Positions 28,093 to 38,592 of a DNA stretch of 64,000 nt are shown here, in pieces. The position numbers and the translations under genes are program-made. Origin of the DNA: Clostridiales bacterium UBA1752 (GTDB lineage Bacteria; Bacillota; Clostridia; Oscillospirales; CAG-382); contig DCHM01000008.1 of the NCBI GenBank assembly GCA_002314835.1, positions 1,843-65,842 on the forward strand, given 5' to 3'. How positions within the stretch are numbered: position 1 is the first letter of the stretch; each line of letters begins with the position of its first letter. Below the pieces are notes generated by a model. It was not told the origin of the DNA, ran no database searches, and saw only the letters and a list, made by a program, of their open reading frames with translations.

Positions 28093-30128
28093 ACGACAAA
28101 CCAAACGATGTCTTCCGCAGGCATCCTGATAGAAGCTTTGCCGCCCTTAAACCTAATCTTGCGGCCGTCGGCGGCAAGATACGTGCCGTCCTTGATACCG
28201 CATTTTATCTTGGCGTTAACCGCATTTTCGGACGCATTGCAGAATATGTAAAGCTCTTTGCCGTCCTTTTGCCAAGCGCCTGCAAACGTAGCTTGGTGTT
28301 TGAGGATGTGCTCGGGCGACTCTTTGTCCTTGTCGGTAAAAAGCATCTTGCCGTCGTCCTCGATATGAGGCGGTCTCATCACTCTGCCGCTGACAAAAAA
28401 CTCGGTGTTTGCCACGCGCGTCCTGACGAGGCGGCAATAATAGTCGCGGCATGGCATCTTCATAAACCTTTCGGGCATAATCCAGCCCATCTGGTCGCCG
28501 AAAAGCAGAGATTCGGTGCAGACTATGCGCTGACCGTCGTTTTCATCCATGGGCAGAGCGTCGTAATGCCTGCCGAACATACATACGAGTCCTGCGTAAA
28601 CCGTAGAATATGCAGGCACCTCGTTATCTCTGACCCACAGCCAAGTGAGGAAGCCGTCGAGCGACCTCGTATAAGGGTCTGCGTTGCACTCGGTGGTTAT
28701 CATCTTGCGGTCGGGAGTGACGCGGCTTACGTGGTCCAAGAGATTGCGGTAATGCTCGCACCACCACGTGCCTCCGCCGGGGCGGTGACTATGTGTCCTG
28801 TCTTCGCAGAGATAGGGTGCGGCGGCGCCGATTTGGTCGATATAAACGCCGTCAACGTTATACTTGCCAAGCAGAGTATCGACGTTTTCGGTTACTTTGT
28901 TTTGCCAGACTGCAGTCGTCGGGCACATTATAGATAGTCTCACACTGCTGCCGTCGGACTCCTTGGAGGAATACGTCTCGATAAAAGGCTCGCCGTGACG
29001 GTCTTTGGTGCAGCCGGGCTTGCCTTCGACGCTCCATTTCCAGTCCTCAAGACCTCTGTCTCGAGTATCCCACAGTCTGCCGTTGATGTATGGCATTACC
29101 TTAAAGCCCTTGTCCTGCAGGCGTCTGACGACGGTGGGCATAGCGTCCTTTACGGGGAAATAATGCGGATAATCGTTGTCGTACGGATTTTTGTGCCAAT
29201 CGTAGAGGTGTACGCAGGAGGGCACGCCGAGTATGGTGTCTGCCTCCAAGATTTCGTCAACTCTCGAGTCGTCCTCGGTCATGCGGATGCGCCACCAGTG
29301 GTTGTTGTTTAAAAACCACTCGGGGATGTCGGCACGGTGACCGTCTTTTATATTTTGAGGCATCCAAGCCGCCTCTGTCTCTACGAAATTGCGGTAAAGC
29401 AGTGCCGCGTCGTACCAGTCGCCGTCGTAAATCTGCCAAACCAAGTTGCCGGCGAGCGTCTGGTTGTTGCCTGCCACGTCGATGTCGGTGCAGGCGTATC
29501 TCGAGCCGAGCGTCATAAAGCCGTCGCCCTTTTTGCGGCAGACAAACAGCTTTTTGTATGCGGGCGCAGGGTCGTGTATGCCGTAGTAAATGCCTCTGCC
29601 CGACTTAACGTCATAGCAGCAGAAATATTCCATCGAAACACCGTAAGAGGGGTAATTTTCGGTCTGATTAAACTCCTCCTTGGTCGTGTCGTGGACTGTG
29701 CCCGAGCCGTAAGGGAAAAAGTATTTTACGCTATCATTGCAGTCAAAGCTGAGGTTTACGTAGTCAACGTACAATAGTGCAAAGTCCGAGCTCTTTGTCG
29801 TGACCGTGGTATTATAGGTAATCTTGTCGTCGTCGCAAACCGCGGTAACTGTGACCGTCACGCCGGGGATTTTGACGTTGCCCGACAGAATGATATAGCC
29901 GGTACCGCCTATTATATTAAGCTCACAGTCAGCCCATCCGTCGCAGGATGAAACGGTAGTCTCTTTGTCGTCCGCTATATTGCGCACCGTGACGTCAAAC
30001 ATCGGTGCATCTGACGACAGAATGTTTTTTTGCTTTTTGCAATCGCGTACCGACGCAAATACCGCGCCGCCTGCGACCTTTTTTATAAGTACCGATATGC
30101 CCTTTGCAGATAGTCTGAGTTGGTTCAT
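28089..30128 (-). CDS. Uncharacterised large cytoplasmic protein, probable glycoside-hydrolase-like TIM barrel (DUF-type family)
   Basis: 679 aa with no signal peptide. A beta-rich N-terminal domain is followed by W/Y/D-rich segments (DGVYIDQIGAAAP, ECNADPY) reminiscent of GH-like barrels. Function is not assignable by eye. Confidence 0.55.
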   Translation of the reverse strand: MNQLRLSAKGISVLIKKVAGGAVFASVRDCKKQKNILSSDAPMFDVTVRNIADDKETTVSSCDGWADCELNIIGGTGYIILSGNVKIPGVTVTVTAVCDDDKITYNTTVTTKSSDFALLYVDYVNLSFDCNDSVKYFFPYGSGTVHDTTKEEFNQTENYPSYGVSMEYFCCYDVKSGRGIYYGIHDPAPAYKKLFVCRKKGDGFMTLGSRYACTDIDVAGNNQTLAGNLVWQIYDGDWYDAALLYRNFVETEAAWMPQNIKDGHRADIPEWFLNNNHWWRIRMTEDDSRVDEILEADTILGVPSCVHLYDWHKNPYDNDYPHYFPVKDAMPTVVRRLQDKGFKVMPYINGRLWDTRDRGLEDWKWSVEGKPGCTKDRHGEPFIETYSSKESDGSSVRLSIMCPTTAVWQNKVTENVDTLLGKYNVDGVYIDQIGAAAPYLCEDRTHSHRPGGGTWWCEHYRNLLDHVSRVTPDRKMITTECNADPYTRSLDGFLTWLWVRDNEVPAYSTVYAGLVCMFGRHYDALPMDENDGQRIVCTESLLFGDQMGWIMPERFMKMPCRDYYCRLVRTRVANTEFFVSGRVMRPPHIEDDGKMLFTDKDKESPEHILKHQATFAGAWQKDGKELYIFCNASENAVNAKIKCGIKDGTYLAADGRKIRFKGGKASIRMPAEDIVWFVV

Positions 30129-30139
30129 GATATACTCCT

Positions 30140-30835
30140 TTATTTACGTTTCATAGCTTTTGCCAATGTAAAGTGGCTGACCTGTTTTACTCCGCTCTTT
30201 CTGAGCAGTGCCGAACAGCACGCCATAGTGCCGCCCGAGGTAATAATGTCGTCGATGAGCAGTACCCGTCCGTACGGCGTCCCGTCAACGGACAGGCATT
30301 TATCCGCGTTAATCTTAAACCTCAGCTTGAGGTCGCGCTTGCGCTGTGATGCCGATAAGAGCTTTTGCTGTTTGTTATCCACGCGGTAAAGCGCGTCAAT
30401 ATAAGGCAATCCGAGCTTTAGTGCTATCTCGCGCCCGACGATTTCGGCATGGCCATAGCCCTTTGCCAAAACGGCACTCGGACGAGAAGGCACGGCGGCA
30501 ACGGCGTCCACTCTGCTTGACAGCTTGTAGGCGTTAATGGCGTAAACCGCCATTTTTGCCACAAAATCGACCTGCGTCCAATCGGTGCTGTGCTTCAGAC
30601 TGTGTATCAGTCGTCTGACGGCAGGCTTGTTGTACCACCAAAGTGCATAGTCCTTGACTCCGTTGCAAACGCAGTCGCTTATTGATTTGCCGCAGTGACG
30701 GCAGGTCTGCATACTCGCCGCGGAGAGCAGGGCAAAGCACCTGCCGCACAGCGGTTTTGCCTCGTCCATATAGCCCTCTCCGCAAAGCGTGCAGGAGGTT
30801 CTGCGAGGTCTGAGCGCCATGGCTATGGCGCGCAT
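30140..30835 (-). CDS. comFC: ComF-family phosphoribosyltransferase-domain protein
   Basis: N-terminal Cys pairs (CTLCGE, CGRC, CRHCG). The PRTase loop is VLLIDDIITSGGTM. Probable start is ATG 30835, in a TAATG overlap with the recD2 stop (alternative ATG 30850). Confidence 0.85.
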   Translation of the reverse strand: MRAIAMALRPRRTSCTLCGEGYMDEAKPLCGRCFALLSAASMQTCRHCGKSISDCVCNGVKDYALWWYNKPAVRRLIHSLKHSTDWTQVDFVAKMAVYAINAYKLSSRVDAVAAVPSRPSAVLAKGYGHAEIVGREIALKLGLPYIDALYRVDNKQQKLLSASQRKRDLKLRFKINADKCLSVDGTPYGRVLLIDDIITSGGTMACCSALLRKSGVKQVSHFTLAKAMKRK

Positions 30836-33024
30836 TATCTTATACTGCATAGCATTTTTTGTAGGTTCGTATTACGGTTCGGGCGCTGGTCGTTGGAGGT
30901 CATATACTCTATGACGCTCTTTTGCCCGACTATTATAACCATTTCCTTGGCTCTCGTGACCGCGGTGTATAAAAGCGACCTCGTCATCAGCCTCCTCGGA
31001 CAGTCAAACGCGGGTATGATGACGAATCTGTATTCACTGCCCTGGCTCTTGTGAACCGTAATGGCAAACGCGTGCTCGATTTCGTCGAGCATGGCAAAAT
31101 CGTATATCGCGCGGCGGTCGTCAAACATAATAACCATCGCGTCGTTTTTGTAGTCTATCTCGATAACCGTGCCGATGTCGCCGTTAAATATGCCGACGCC
31201 CTCTTTGCCGTCGCGCGTCCACGTGACGTCATAATCGTTGCGGTTTTGCATAACCTTGTCGCCTTCTCTGAAGGTGGCGGCGCCGTTTTTGCGCTCGCGC
31301 TTTGACTTTGACGGCGGATTGAGCACCTCCTGCAACACCTTATTGAGCTCGTACGTGCCGAGCGAGCCCTTGCGAGTAGGCGAAATAACCTGTATATCGA
31401 GCATCGGGTCGAGGTCGTAGGTCTTGGGCAGTCTTTCGCTGCATAGCGAGCTAATCAGCTTTTGCCCCGAAACGCTGTCGTCCACGGGCAGATAAAAGAA
31501 ATCACTGTTTTTGACGTCGAGCCTCGGCATTACGCCGTCGTTAATGCTGTGCGCGTTGACGACTATCAGACTCTGCTCTGCCTGTCTGAATATCTTTTGC
31601 AATCTGCAAACTGCAAACCTGCCGCTGCAAATAATATCCGACAGACAGTTGCCTGCGCCGACAGGCGGTAGCTGGTCAACGTCGCCTATAAAAATCACGA
31701 ACGTGCCGGGCTTTATCGCTCTCAAAAGCGCTTCCATAAGTTGAATATCGACCATAGATGTTTCGTCGATTATCACCGCACCGAAGGACAGAGGGTCGTC
31801 CTCACCCTTGCGGAACTGAGATTCGCCGTCCTCCGCATACTCCCACTCGAGCAGGCGGTGAATGGTTTTTGCTTCGTGCCCTGCCGCCTCCGACATACGC
31901 TTTGCGGCTCTGCCGGTGGGCGCTGCGAGGCAAAAGCTGTATTTGAGCGCCTTAAATATGCTGATTATCGCTTTGATTACCGTGGTTTTGCCCGTGCCGG
32001 GGCCTCCGGTAACGATAGTCAAGCCCGTAGTGACTGCGAGCTCAATCGCCTTTTTTTGCTCGCTGTCGTATTCGATGCCGTATTGCTCCTGCAATGCTTC
32101 TATCGTTTCCGCGATGCCTTCTATCTGCAGAGCAGGCAACGAGCGCGACAAAAGGCACAGCTTTTCAGCCACGTAGGTTTCGGCTCTGTAAAGGTCGGGC
32201 AAATAGACGCATTCGTCCTCTCCGACGAGCAGTAGCTCTTTGCCGTCTATCATTGAATGCACTACGTTTAGCACCGCATCGTAATCTATCTGCAAGTCCT
32301 TTGCCGCCAAGCCCACGAGCTGGTCGAGACTCAGATAGCAGTGACCTGCGCCGTACGCCGCGGTATATAAGACGTGCGCGCAATACGCCGCAATACGAGC
32401 AGGGTCGTCGTGCGCTATGCCTATTTCAGACGCCATGTGGTCGGCTTTTTCAAACCCGATGCCGTCGATTTCACGGCAAAGCCTGTACGGGTCGTTACCC
32501 ACGAGCTCTACGGCGGCGGTGCCGTATCTCTTAAATATCTTTACGCTGAGCGCCGCGCCGAAATATTTGGTAAAATACATCATTACGCGTCTGACGCCAA
32601 ACTGTTTTGCAAATTCGCGGTATATGCTCTCCGCCCTCTCAGCCGAAATGCCTCTGACGGAGGTCAAAAACTGATGATGATTTTCGAGCACGTCCATAGT
32701 GTCGTCACCAAATCTGTCAACAATCCTCGCGGCAGTGACTGGACCTATGCCTTTAATCGCACCCGACGAAAGATAGCGCAGTATATCCTCTGCACCCGTC
32801 GGCTCCTGTTTTTCAAAATAAGTGACCTTAAACTGTCTGCCAAAAGTAGGATGCACCATCCATTCGCCCTGCAAACTGATGATTTCGCCCTCGGCAAGGT
32901 AAGGCATAATGCCGACTGCGGTAATAGGGTCGCCGCCGCAATCTATGACGCAGACGGTATATCCGTTGTCGCGGTTTGCAAATACAACGTCCTCGACGCT
33001 GCCTTTGATAGTCTCGAGCTCCAA
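30835..33024 (-). CDS. recD2: SF1B ATP-dependent RecD-like DNA helicase
   Basis: 729 aa. Walker A is VTGGPGTGKTT. IIDETSMVD, VHKSQGSEY and an N-terminal HhH region are also present. Confidence 0.9.
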   Translation of the reverse strand: MELETIKGSVEDVVFANRDNGYTVCVIDCGGDPITAVGIMPYLAEGEIISLQGEWMVHPTFGRQFKVTYFEKQEPTGAEDILRYLSSGAIKGIGPVTAARIVDRFGDDTMDVLENHHQFLTSVRGISAERAESIYREFAKQFGVRRVMMYFTKYFGAALSVKIFKRYGTAAVELVGNDPYRLCREIDGIGFEKADHMASEIGIAHDDPARIAAYCAHVLYTAAYGAGHCYLSLDQLVGLAAKDLQIDYDAVLNVVHSMIDGKELLLVGEDECVYLPDLYRAETYVAEKLCLLSRSLPALQIEGIAETIEALQEQYGIEYDSEQKKAIELAVTTGLTIVTGGPGTGKTTVIKAIISIFKALKYSFCLAAPTGRAAKRMSEAAGHEAKTIHRLLEWEYAEDGESQFRKGEDDPLSFGAVIIDETSMVDIQLMEALLRAIKPGTFVIFIGDVDQLPPVGAGNCLSDIICSGRFAVCRLQKIFRQAEQSLIVVNAHSINDGVMPRLDVKNSDFFYLPVDDSVSGQKLISSLCSERLPKTYDLDPMLDIQVISPTRKGSLGTYELNKVLQEVLNPPSKSKRERKNGAATFREGDKVMQNRNDYDVTWTRDGKEGVGIFNGDIGTVIEIDYKNDAMVIMFDDRRAIYDFAMLDEIEHAFAITVHKSQGSEYRFVIIPAFDCPRRLMTRSLLYTAVTRAKEMVIIVGQKSVIEYMTSNDQRPNRNTNLQKMLCSIR

Positions 33025-33091
33025 GCCGTCTGCCTCCCTTATAGTTATTCAATTTATTATACCAAATAAGGCTCCATAAATCAAGCAAAAA

Positions 33092-33119
33092 ACAAAAAAA
33101 GGCACACGGAATGTGTGCC
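33092..33119 (-). terminator. Rho-independent terminator for CDS 33127-34107
   Basis: The minus strand reads GGCACAC-attcc-GTGTGCC followed by TTTTTTTGTT. Confidence 0.75.
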
Positions 33120-33126
33120 CATAAAT

Positions 33127-34107
33127 TCAGTCAAAATACGTTTTGCCGCTTTTGTCCGTTATTTTGCCGTCATCTGCAAAACAGAGGTCTTGGTCGCTGA
33201 CGAGCAGCTCTTTTAGGTTGCCGTCCAATACGGTATAAGTCGTCTTTATGCTGTAAGATACGCCCTCGATGACTTCTTTACCGTTATCGTCCTCGACGTA
33301 AAACTCGTCGTATGCGATAATGTAGTTGCTATACGCGTTTGTGTACAGTTTGCTGTAATCGTTGCTCACCATCTGCCCGTTGCCGTCATAAGCCATTGCG
33401 CACACGGTTCTGTCTGCAAGCTCACCGACAAACAACTCTATCGGATTAAAAATAACGTATTTTGAGGTGTAAGCAGGTTCACGATAACTGGATTTGATAA
33501 CCTTGCCGTCCTTGACAAGCTCGTAAACATACATATATGTTTCGCTCAGCTTCATATCGTCGCCTGTGCCGTAAAAATCAGGTCTGACGGTAACCGTAAC
33601 GCTGCCCAGAGTGTGAATGACAACCGGCGAGGTGTCGGCAGGTACCGTCGAGCCGTCGTTCATAACGAAATACCACTTATTGTCGGTCTTTTTGCCAAAG
33701 AGCTTGACGTCGCTTCTGCCTATATAGCTCCACTGAAGGTAATGCCACTGCGAGTCGATTTCGCCGTTGATGACGAGGCATAAATAGTCGCCTATGCTCT
33801 TAATCTCATATACGCGCTCGGTGCTCTGTGTATCTGACGTTTCGGATGAAACGTCGCTCTCGGTCTCTGCTTCGCTTGACGTTTCGGCACGGCTTGCTTC
33901 GTGAGAAACGTCGTCGCTCTCGATAATCGGCACCGTAGGCTCGCTGTATTCGCTGACCGCAGAGCTGTCTGTGCTTTGTGCAGAGCTCTCTGCCGATATA
34001 TCACCTTTTGACGCTTCGTCACCCTTAAAATACGACGCCGCTATCAGCACGCCCAGCACTAACGCGAGAATAATTATCAGCACGATCAGTTTTTTCATTT
34101 CCTTCAC
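33127..34107 (-). CDS. N-terminally membrane-anchored extracellular protein of unknown function with S/E/T-rich linker
   Basis: 326 aa. The TM is KKLIVLIIILALVLGVLIAASYF. An acidic Ser-rich tract follows, then a beta-rich domain. Confidence 0.7.
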   Translation of the reverse strand: MKEMKKLIVLIIILALVLGVLIAASYFKGDEASKGDISAESSAQSTDSSAVSEYSEPTVPIIESDDVSHEASRAETSSEAETESDVSSETSDTQSTERVYEIKSIGDYLCLVINGEIDSQWHYLQWSYIGRSDVKLFGKKTDNKWYFVMNDGSTVPADTSPVVIHTLGSVTVTVRPDFYGTGDDMKLSETYMYVYELVKDGKVIKSSYREPAYTSKYVIFNPIELFVGELADRTVCAMAYDGNGQMVSNDYSKLYTNAYSNYIIAYDEFYVEDDNGKEVIEGVSYSIKTTYTVLDGNLKELLVSDQDLCFADDGKITDKSGKTYFD

Positions 34108-34128
34108 CTCTTACAATAGATTATACAA

Positions 34129-34157
34129 CAAAAAAGCCCCGTGTCAATACACGGGGC
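34129..34157 (-). terminator. Rho-independent terminator for metK
   Basis: The minus strand reads GCCCCGTGT-attg-ACACGGGGC followed by TTTTTTG. Confidence 0.8.
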
Positions 34158-34167
34158 AAAAAAACGT

Positions 34168-35346
34168 TTATTTTGCGAGCTCTTTTTTGATGTCGGATAC
34201 TCTGTCGGTAACTTCCCACGCAAAGCCGTCGCGTCCGAAATGACCGTATGCGGCAGTAGCCTGATAAATAGGTCTGCGGAGGTCGAGCGTCTTGATGATA
34301 GCGGCAGGACGGAGGTCAAACAGCTTGGTGACTATCTCTGACAGTCTGTCGTCGCTGACTACGCCCGTACCGTCGGTATCTACGCGAACCGAAATAGGCT
34401 TTGCCACGCCGATAGCGTATGCTATCTGTATCTGGCACTTTGCGGCCGCGCCTGCGGCAACGAGGTTTTTGGCAACGTATCTCGCCATATAAGCGGCACT
34501 GCGGTCAACCTTGGTGGGGTCTTTGCCCGAGAATGCTCCGCCGCCGTGGCAAGCGTAGCCGCCGTAGGTATCAACGATGATTTTGCGTCCGGTCAAGCCG
34601 CTGTCGCCCTTGGGGCCGCCTACTACAAAGCGTCCGGTGGGATTTACGAATATCTTGGTGTCTTTGTCAAAAAACTTTGCGGGGATAGTGGGCTTGATAA
34701 CCTCGCGGATTATGTCGGCTCTGATCTGCTCGAGCTCTACGTCTGCGGAGTGCTGGCTCGAAACGACTACCGCGTCAACTCTGGTAGGCTTGCCGTCGTT
34801 ATATTCGACCGTGACCTGAGTTTTGCCGTCTGCGCGAAGGTAAGGCAGAGTGCCGTTTTTGCGGACCTCGGTAAGGCGCAGAGCCATCTTTTGAGCGAGC
34901 GAAATAGGCAGAGGCATCAGCTCGGGTGTTTCGTCACACGCAAAGCCGAATACCATACCCTGGTCGCCTGCGCCGGTGTCGAGATCGTCCTGCATATTGC
35001 CCTCTTTTGCTTCGAGTGCCTTGTTGACGCCCATAGCAATGTCGGGAGACTGCTCGTGAATAGACGAAATAACCGCGCATGTATCGCAGTCAAAGCCTTT
35101 TTCGGAGCTGTCGTAGCCGATTTTGCGTATGGTTTCTCTGGCTATGGTCTGCACGTCTGCAAAGCCCTTGGTGGTAATTTCGCCCATAACCATTACAAGG
35201 CCGGTGGTGCAGCAGGTTTCGCACGCTACGCGGGACATAGGGTCCTGCGCGAGGAGCGCGTCGAGCACGCCGTCGCTGATTTGGTCACAGATTTTATCGG
35301 GATGTCCCTCGGTGACTGATTCACTGGTGAAAAAATGTTTTGCCAT
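34168..35346 (-). CDS. metK: S-adenosylmethionine synthase
   Basis: 392 aa. [31 protein letters not shown] and GGGAFSGKD are canonical MetK motifs. Confidence 0.97.
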   Translation of the reverse strand: MAKHFFTSESVTEGHPDKICDQISDGVLDALLAQDPMSRVACETCCTTGLVMVMGEITTKGFADVQTIARETIRKIGYDSSEKGFDCDTCAVISSIHEQSPDIAMGVNKALEAKEGNMQDDLDTGAGDQGMVFGFACDETPELMPLPISLAQKMALRLTEVRKNGTLPYLRADGKTQVTVEYNDGKPTRVDAVVVSSQHSADVELEQIRADIIREVIKPTIPAKFFDKDTKIFVNPTGRFVVGGPKGDSGLTGRKIIVDTYGGYACHGGGAFSGKDPTKVDRSAAYMARYVAKNLVAAGAAAKCQIQIAYAIGVAKPISVRVDTDGTGVVSDDRLSEIVTKLFDLRPAAIIKTLDLRRPIYQATAAYGHFGRDGFAWEVTDRVSDIKKELAK

Positions 35347-35387
35347 AATAATATGTTCCTTTCGTATATAAAAATGTGGTTATTTAT

Positions 35388-35531
35388 CAAAAAAAGCTCC
35401 CGCGGCAGCGGAAGCTTAGATATCTAAACATCTCATCTGCCGTTTAATAATAAACGCTGATTTGACACCTTGCAGCAACGCCGCAGGTTGTCGGGCTTCA
35501 TAGGGCAGGTCCCTCCACCACTCTTGATAAG
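35388..35531 (-). promoter_or_regulatory. SAM-I (S-box) riboswitch with intrinsic terminator, leader of metK
   Basis: The minus strand reads CTTATCAAGAGTGGTGGAGGGACCTGCCCTATGAAGCCCGACAACC...GGTGTCAAAT...GCAGATGAGATG. It is followed by the GCTTCCGC-tgcc-GCGGGAGC hairpin and TTTTTTT. Confidence 0.9.
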
Positions 35532-35552
35532 ACTGATTTAATTTTCGTAGGG

Positions 35553-35581
35553 ATTATAACACAATAAATATACATTGTCAA
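35553..35581 (-). promoter_or_regulatory. Perfect-consensus sigma-A promoter for the metK leader
   Basis: The minus strand has TTGACA (35581-35576), a 17-nt spacer and TATAAT (35558-35553), about 20 nt upstream of the S-box. Confidence 0.65.
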
Positions 35582-35593
35582 TAGTGTATAATC

Positions 35594-35624
35594 ATAAAAA
35601 GAGCCTTTGCACAGGCTCTTTTTA
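35594..35624. terminator. Terminator after CDS 35631-36569 (bidirectional shape)
   Basis: aaaaaGAGCCT-ttgcac-AGGCTCttttt. Confidence 0.7.
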
Positions 35625-35630
35625 TGGCAT

Positions 35631-36569
35631 TTACTTCTTTTTGTTGGCGTTTGCGTAAAAGTCGTAAAACTTTTTGCCGTCAAATCCGACGTCGCTCTCG
35701 CACAACTCGCTTATCAGCATTTCGAGACCGCCGTTCTCACGGCTCTTTTTGCCTGCGAGCATGATGCGTACAGCGTCGCACATTTCCTCGGGAGTTGCGA
35801 GGTCTGCGCCCACCTTGTCACCGTTGAGCCACTTGACTACGCGCTTTAGCATAGCCTCGTAAACCTTGTTTGTGTCAATCTTGTAAGCGTAGCTCGTCTT
35901 GGTAGTCAGCACGAGTGCGGTCGAGGGCTGCCAGCCCTTCATGCAGACGTGATAACAGGCGGTCGCACCGTTGTCAAACTTAACGTAAAAGCTCTCGGCA
36001 GGCGTACCTGCGACCTCGGCGGTGCCGAGATAACGGGTCGATATAGGTTTTGCCTTGATAAAGCCGAGGATTGACTCGATGGAATGGATAGCGTAGTTAA
36101 ACTCATCTACGCCTACCATAGTGGAAACGTGTACGATTTCGCCTCTTGCCTCGGGCTCTACGGCAAAAAAAGAGTCGTGCTCGTAGGTGTATCTCAATGC
36201 AGAGGTGCCGAGGATAACCGCTCCTGCATCGCAGAGGGACAAAAGTCTGTTTATATCCTTAACGTTGCCGACTATCGGCTTGTCGATAAACACGGGCACG
36301 CCTGCGTCGATAAAAGGCTGTGCCAGCTCAAGGTGGCGGTCCCAATCACAGCTCTGTATAAACGCGATGTCTATGTTTTTTGCCATTTCGGCAAGGTCGG
36401 TATAACGCTTTTGGAGACCGAATTTGGTAATAAAATCGTTTACCTCGTCATCGGTGCGGAATGCGTCGTTGTATATGGCGGTATATCTCGCGTCGTCACC
36501 CTTTGCGAGGATTTCGGCAAAAGCAGGTGCGTGCGATGTATCAATGTTGACGGTACCTATTCTAAACAT
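35631..36569 (-). CDS. Gfo/Idh/MocA-like protein with degenerate Rossmann loop (paralog of 17728-18564)
   Basis: Start moved to ATG 36569 (aaggag RBS). The N-terminus is MFRIGTVNIDTSHAPAFAEIL. The central FIDKPI segment is typical of the family. Confidence 0.65.
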   Translation of the reverse strand: MFRIGTVNIDTSHAPAFAEILAKGDDARYTAIYNDAFRTDDEVNDFITKFGLQKRYTDLAEMAKNIDIAFIQSCDWDRHLELAQPFIDAGVPVFIDKPIVGNVKDINRLLSLCDAGAVILGTSALRYTYEHDSFFAVEPEARGEIVHVSTMVGVDEFNYAIHSIESILGFIKAKPISTRYLGTAEVAGTPAESFYVKFDNGATACYHVCMKGWQPSTALVLTTKTSYAYKIDTNKVYEAMLKRVVKWLNGDKVGADLATPEEMCDAVRIMLAGKKSRENGGLEMLISELCESDVGFDGKKFYDFYANANKKK

Positions 36570-36630
36570 AGTGATAGCTCCTTTTTGATTTATTGCCATT
36601 ATAGTAACACTATTTTTATGCAAAGTCAAG

Positions 36631-38520
36631 TTAATAAAAGCGCAAAACGCATATTGTGAGGTCGTCGCCTGCGGTGCCGCTTTGCTTTATCTCGGACAGT
36701 ATCGCAGTCAGCACGTTCTGCGCACTGCCGTGTCCTGCCGTGACGAGCGTCCTCGGCAGATAATCGTCTCCGCACGTCGGATAAACACCGTCGCTGACCA
36801 TAACTGCGCAGTCGCCTTTTTGCAGTTTTACCCTCTGCATAGTCGTTTCGGCTGACGGCAGTATGCCGAGCGGAGGCGTGGCGGCGGCTATGACACGGCA
36901 ATCACTGCCGCGCAGAATGTAGCAAGGAGGTGCGCCGGATTTGGTTATAAGAGTTTCGCCCGTGAGTCGGTCGCAGACGAGCATATCCGCCGTGGCAAAG
37001 ATTTCGTCCGACCTGCCTGCTATCGCGCGGTTAATAGCGGCAATGACGTCGGCAGAATCAGCCCCTGCCGTGAGTAATTTTTCAGCTATCCCGACGGCGA
37101 CCTTAGAGCTGGCGGCGGCGCCTTCGCCACTGCCCATACCGTCCGAAATAACGCAGCAATAGCTGTCGTCGCCCGTGTCAAAGCAACTGTATGTATCGCC
37201 GCAAAAGCCTTCGCCTGCTCTGCTGCGCTGATACTGTGCCGCCTCAATCTTTAGCATCGGCTTGCTCGACAGCTTCATATCCGCGAGCCTGCCGTACAGC
37301 ACAAATTCGGGCTCGGTGAGGGTGCTGCCGATTTCCTCGCCGATAAGACGCGAAATTTCACTCGGCGAATCAGGCACCTCCGACATATTGACGCCCGTCA
37401 CGGTGACGGTCTTGTGCCGCCTGCCGACGACGGTCACTCCCGTATGGCGCACGCCCATTTGCATGAGCAATCGGCTGACGCTTTGACTGCTTTGGCGGTC
37501 GCCTGCACTCGAGAGGTCACAGCTCGTGGCGGCAGACGAAAGCATAGCCGCCATGCCGTTGTATTCCTCTGCCTTTGTAGCGAGCGCACTGTCACCCGAG
37601 GTATAAAACACTCCAGAAACACCTGCAAACGCCGCCGCAAACCTCGACAGCGGCAGTCCCGTGCTTTTTGCGCACTTTTCCGCTTTGTCTTTTGCCAAAA
37701 ATCTTTTTGTAAGTAAAAACACCGAGGACGAAATAAGCAATGCCAAGGCGGCTTCGAGCAGGTTTTGATAGTCGGCGAGATAACCGTATGCAGGCAACGC
37801 GAGCATCAGTGCAAGTGCCGCGGCGAGCAGAGGCGAATCCTCCTCAAACATACCGTACGTCAGCCCGATAAGCCCGAGTGCGGCAACCGCAGGCGCATCC
37901 GACGCAAAGCCGCAGATACATCCGCACGCTATGCCGTAGAGCAGTCCGCCTCTGTGAGCAAAGCAGAGCGTCAGATAACAGCACATCGGCATCAAAAGCG
38001 TCACGCCGCAGATACTGAATCCCGTGCAAAATCTCGCAAAGACAAACGCCGCTATAAGATAAAGCCCGTTTTTGACGGCAGGACGTTGCTTGTGCCTCGT
38101 GCGGAGTTTGACGGCTACAAAAGTTGACAAGACCGCCAAAGCGGTAGTGGCGAGTGCGTAAAGCAATATCTCTTTAGTCGTGCTTTTGAGCCCGAAGGCT
38201 TCAAACGAATCGAGCACTCCTGCGAGCGCAGCTATCAGCAGGCGCGACAGCATGGGCACCCTGCCGTAGCGCTTCGTAAAGCCCCACACCGCACAGTGGC
38301 ATATCACGCATATCATTATTGATACAGGCACCATCCTCGTGCCTAAAAAACTGCCGACGACGCATCCTGCCAGAGCAAAATACGATGCTTTTTGCTGTGA
38401 AACGATATACCCTATCCCCACGGGATAGCAGTCAAACGCCATAGGCGACAGCGCACACACCGCGCCGCACAAAAATCCGAGCAAATTGCCTTTTGTTATG
38501 TACTTCTTTAGCTTTTTCAT
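36631..38520 (-). CDS. spoIIE: Stage II sporulation protein E (polytopic membrane PP2C phosphatase)
   Basis: Start at ATG 38520 (MKKLKKYITKGN). About 10 TM helices are followed by a PP2C domain, GFCGDTYSCFDTGDDSYCCVISDGMGSGEGAAASS ... DDLTICVLRF. Confidence 0.88.
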   Translation of the reverse strand: MKKLKKYITKGNLLGFLCGAVCALSPMAFDCYPVGIGYIVSQQKASYFALAGCVVGSFLGTRMVPVSIMICVICHCAVWGFTKRYGRVPMLSRLLIAALAGVLDSFEAFGLKSTTKEILLYALATTALAVLSTFVAVKLRTRHKQRPAVKNGLYLIAAFVFARFCTGFSICGVTLLMPMCCYLTLCFAHRGGLLYGIACGCICGFASDAPAVAALGLIGLTYGMFEEDSPLLAAALALMLALPAYGYLADYQNLLEAALALLISSSVFLLTKRFLAKDKAEKCAKSTGLPLSRFAAAFAGVSGVFYTSGDSALATKAEEYNGMAAMLSSAATSCDLSSAGDRQSSQSVSRLLMQMGVRHTGVTVVGRRHKTVTVTGVNMSEVPDSPSEISRLIGEEIGSTLTEPEFVLYGRLADMKLSSKPMLKIEAAQYQRSRAGEGFCGDTYSCFDTGDDSYCCVISDGMGSGEGAAASSKVAVGIAEKLLTAGADSADVIAAINRAIAGRSDEIFATADMLVCDRLTGETLITKSGAPPCYILRGSDCRVIAAATPPLGILPSAETTMQRVKLQKGDCAVMVSDGVYPTCGDDYLPRTLVTAGHGSAQNVLTAILSEIKQSGTAGDDLTICVLRFY

Positions 38521-38592
38521 ACCTAATACCGCCTTTCGCTTGACATTATAAAACGCCCTCGGCACAAATAGTGTCGAAGGCGGTGGGCTATA

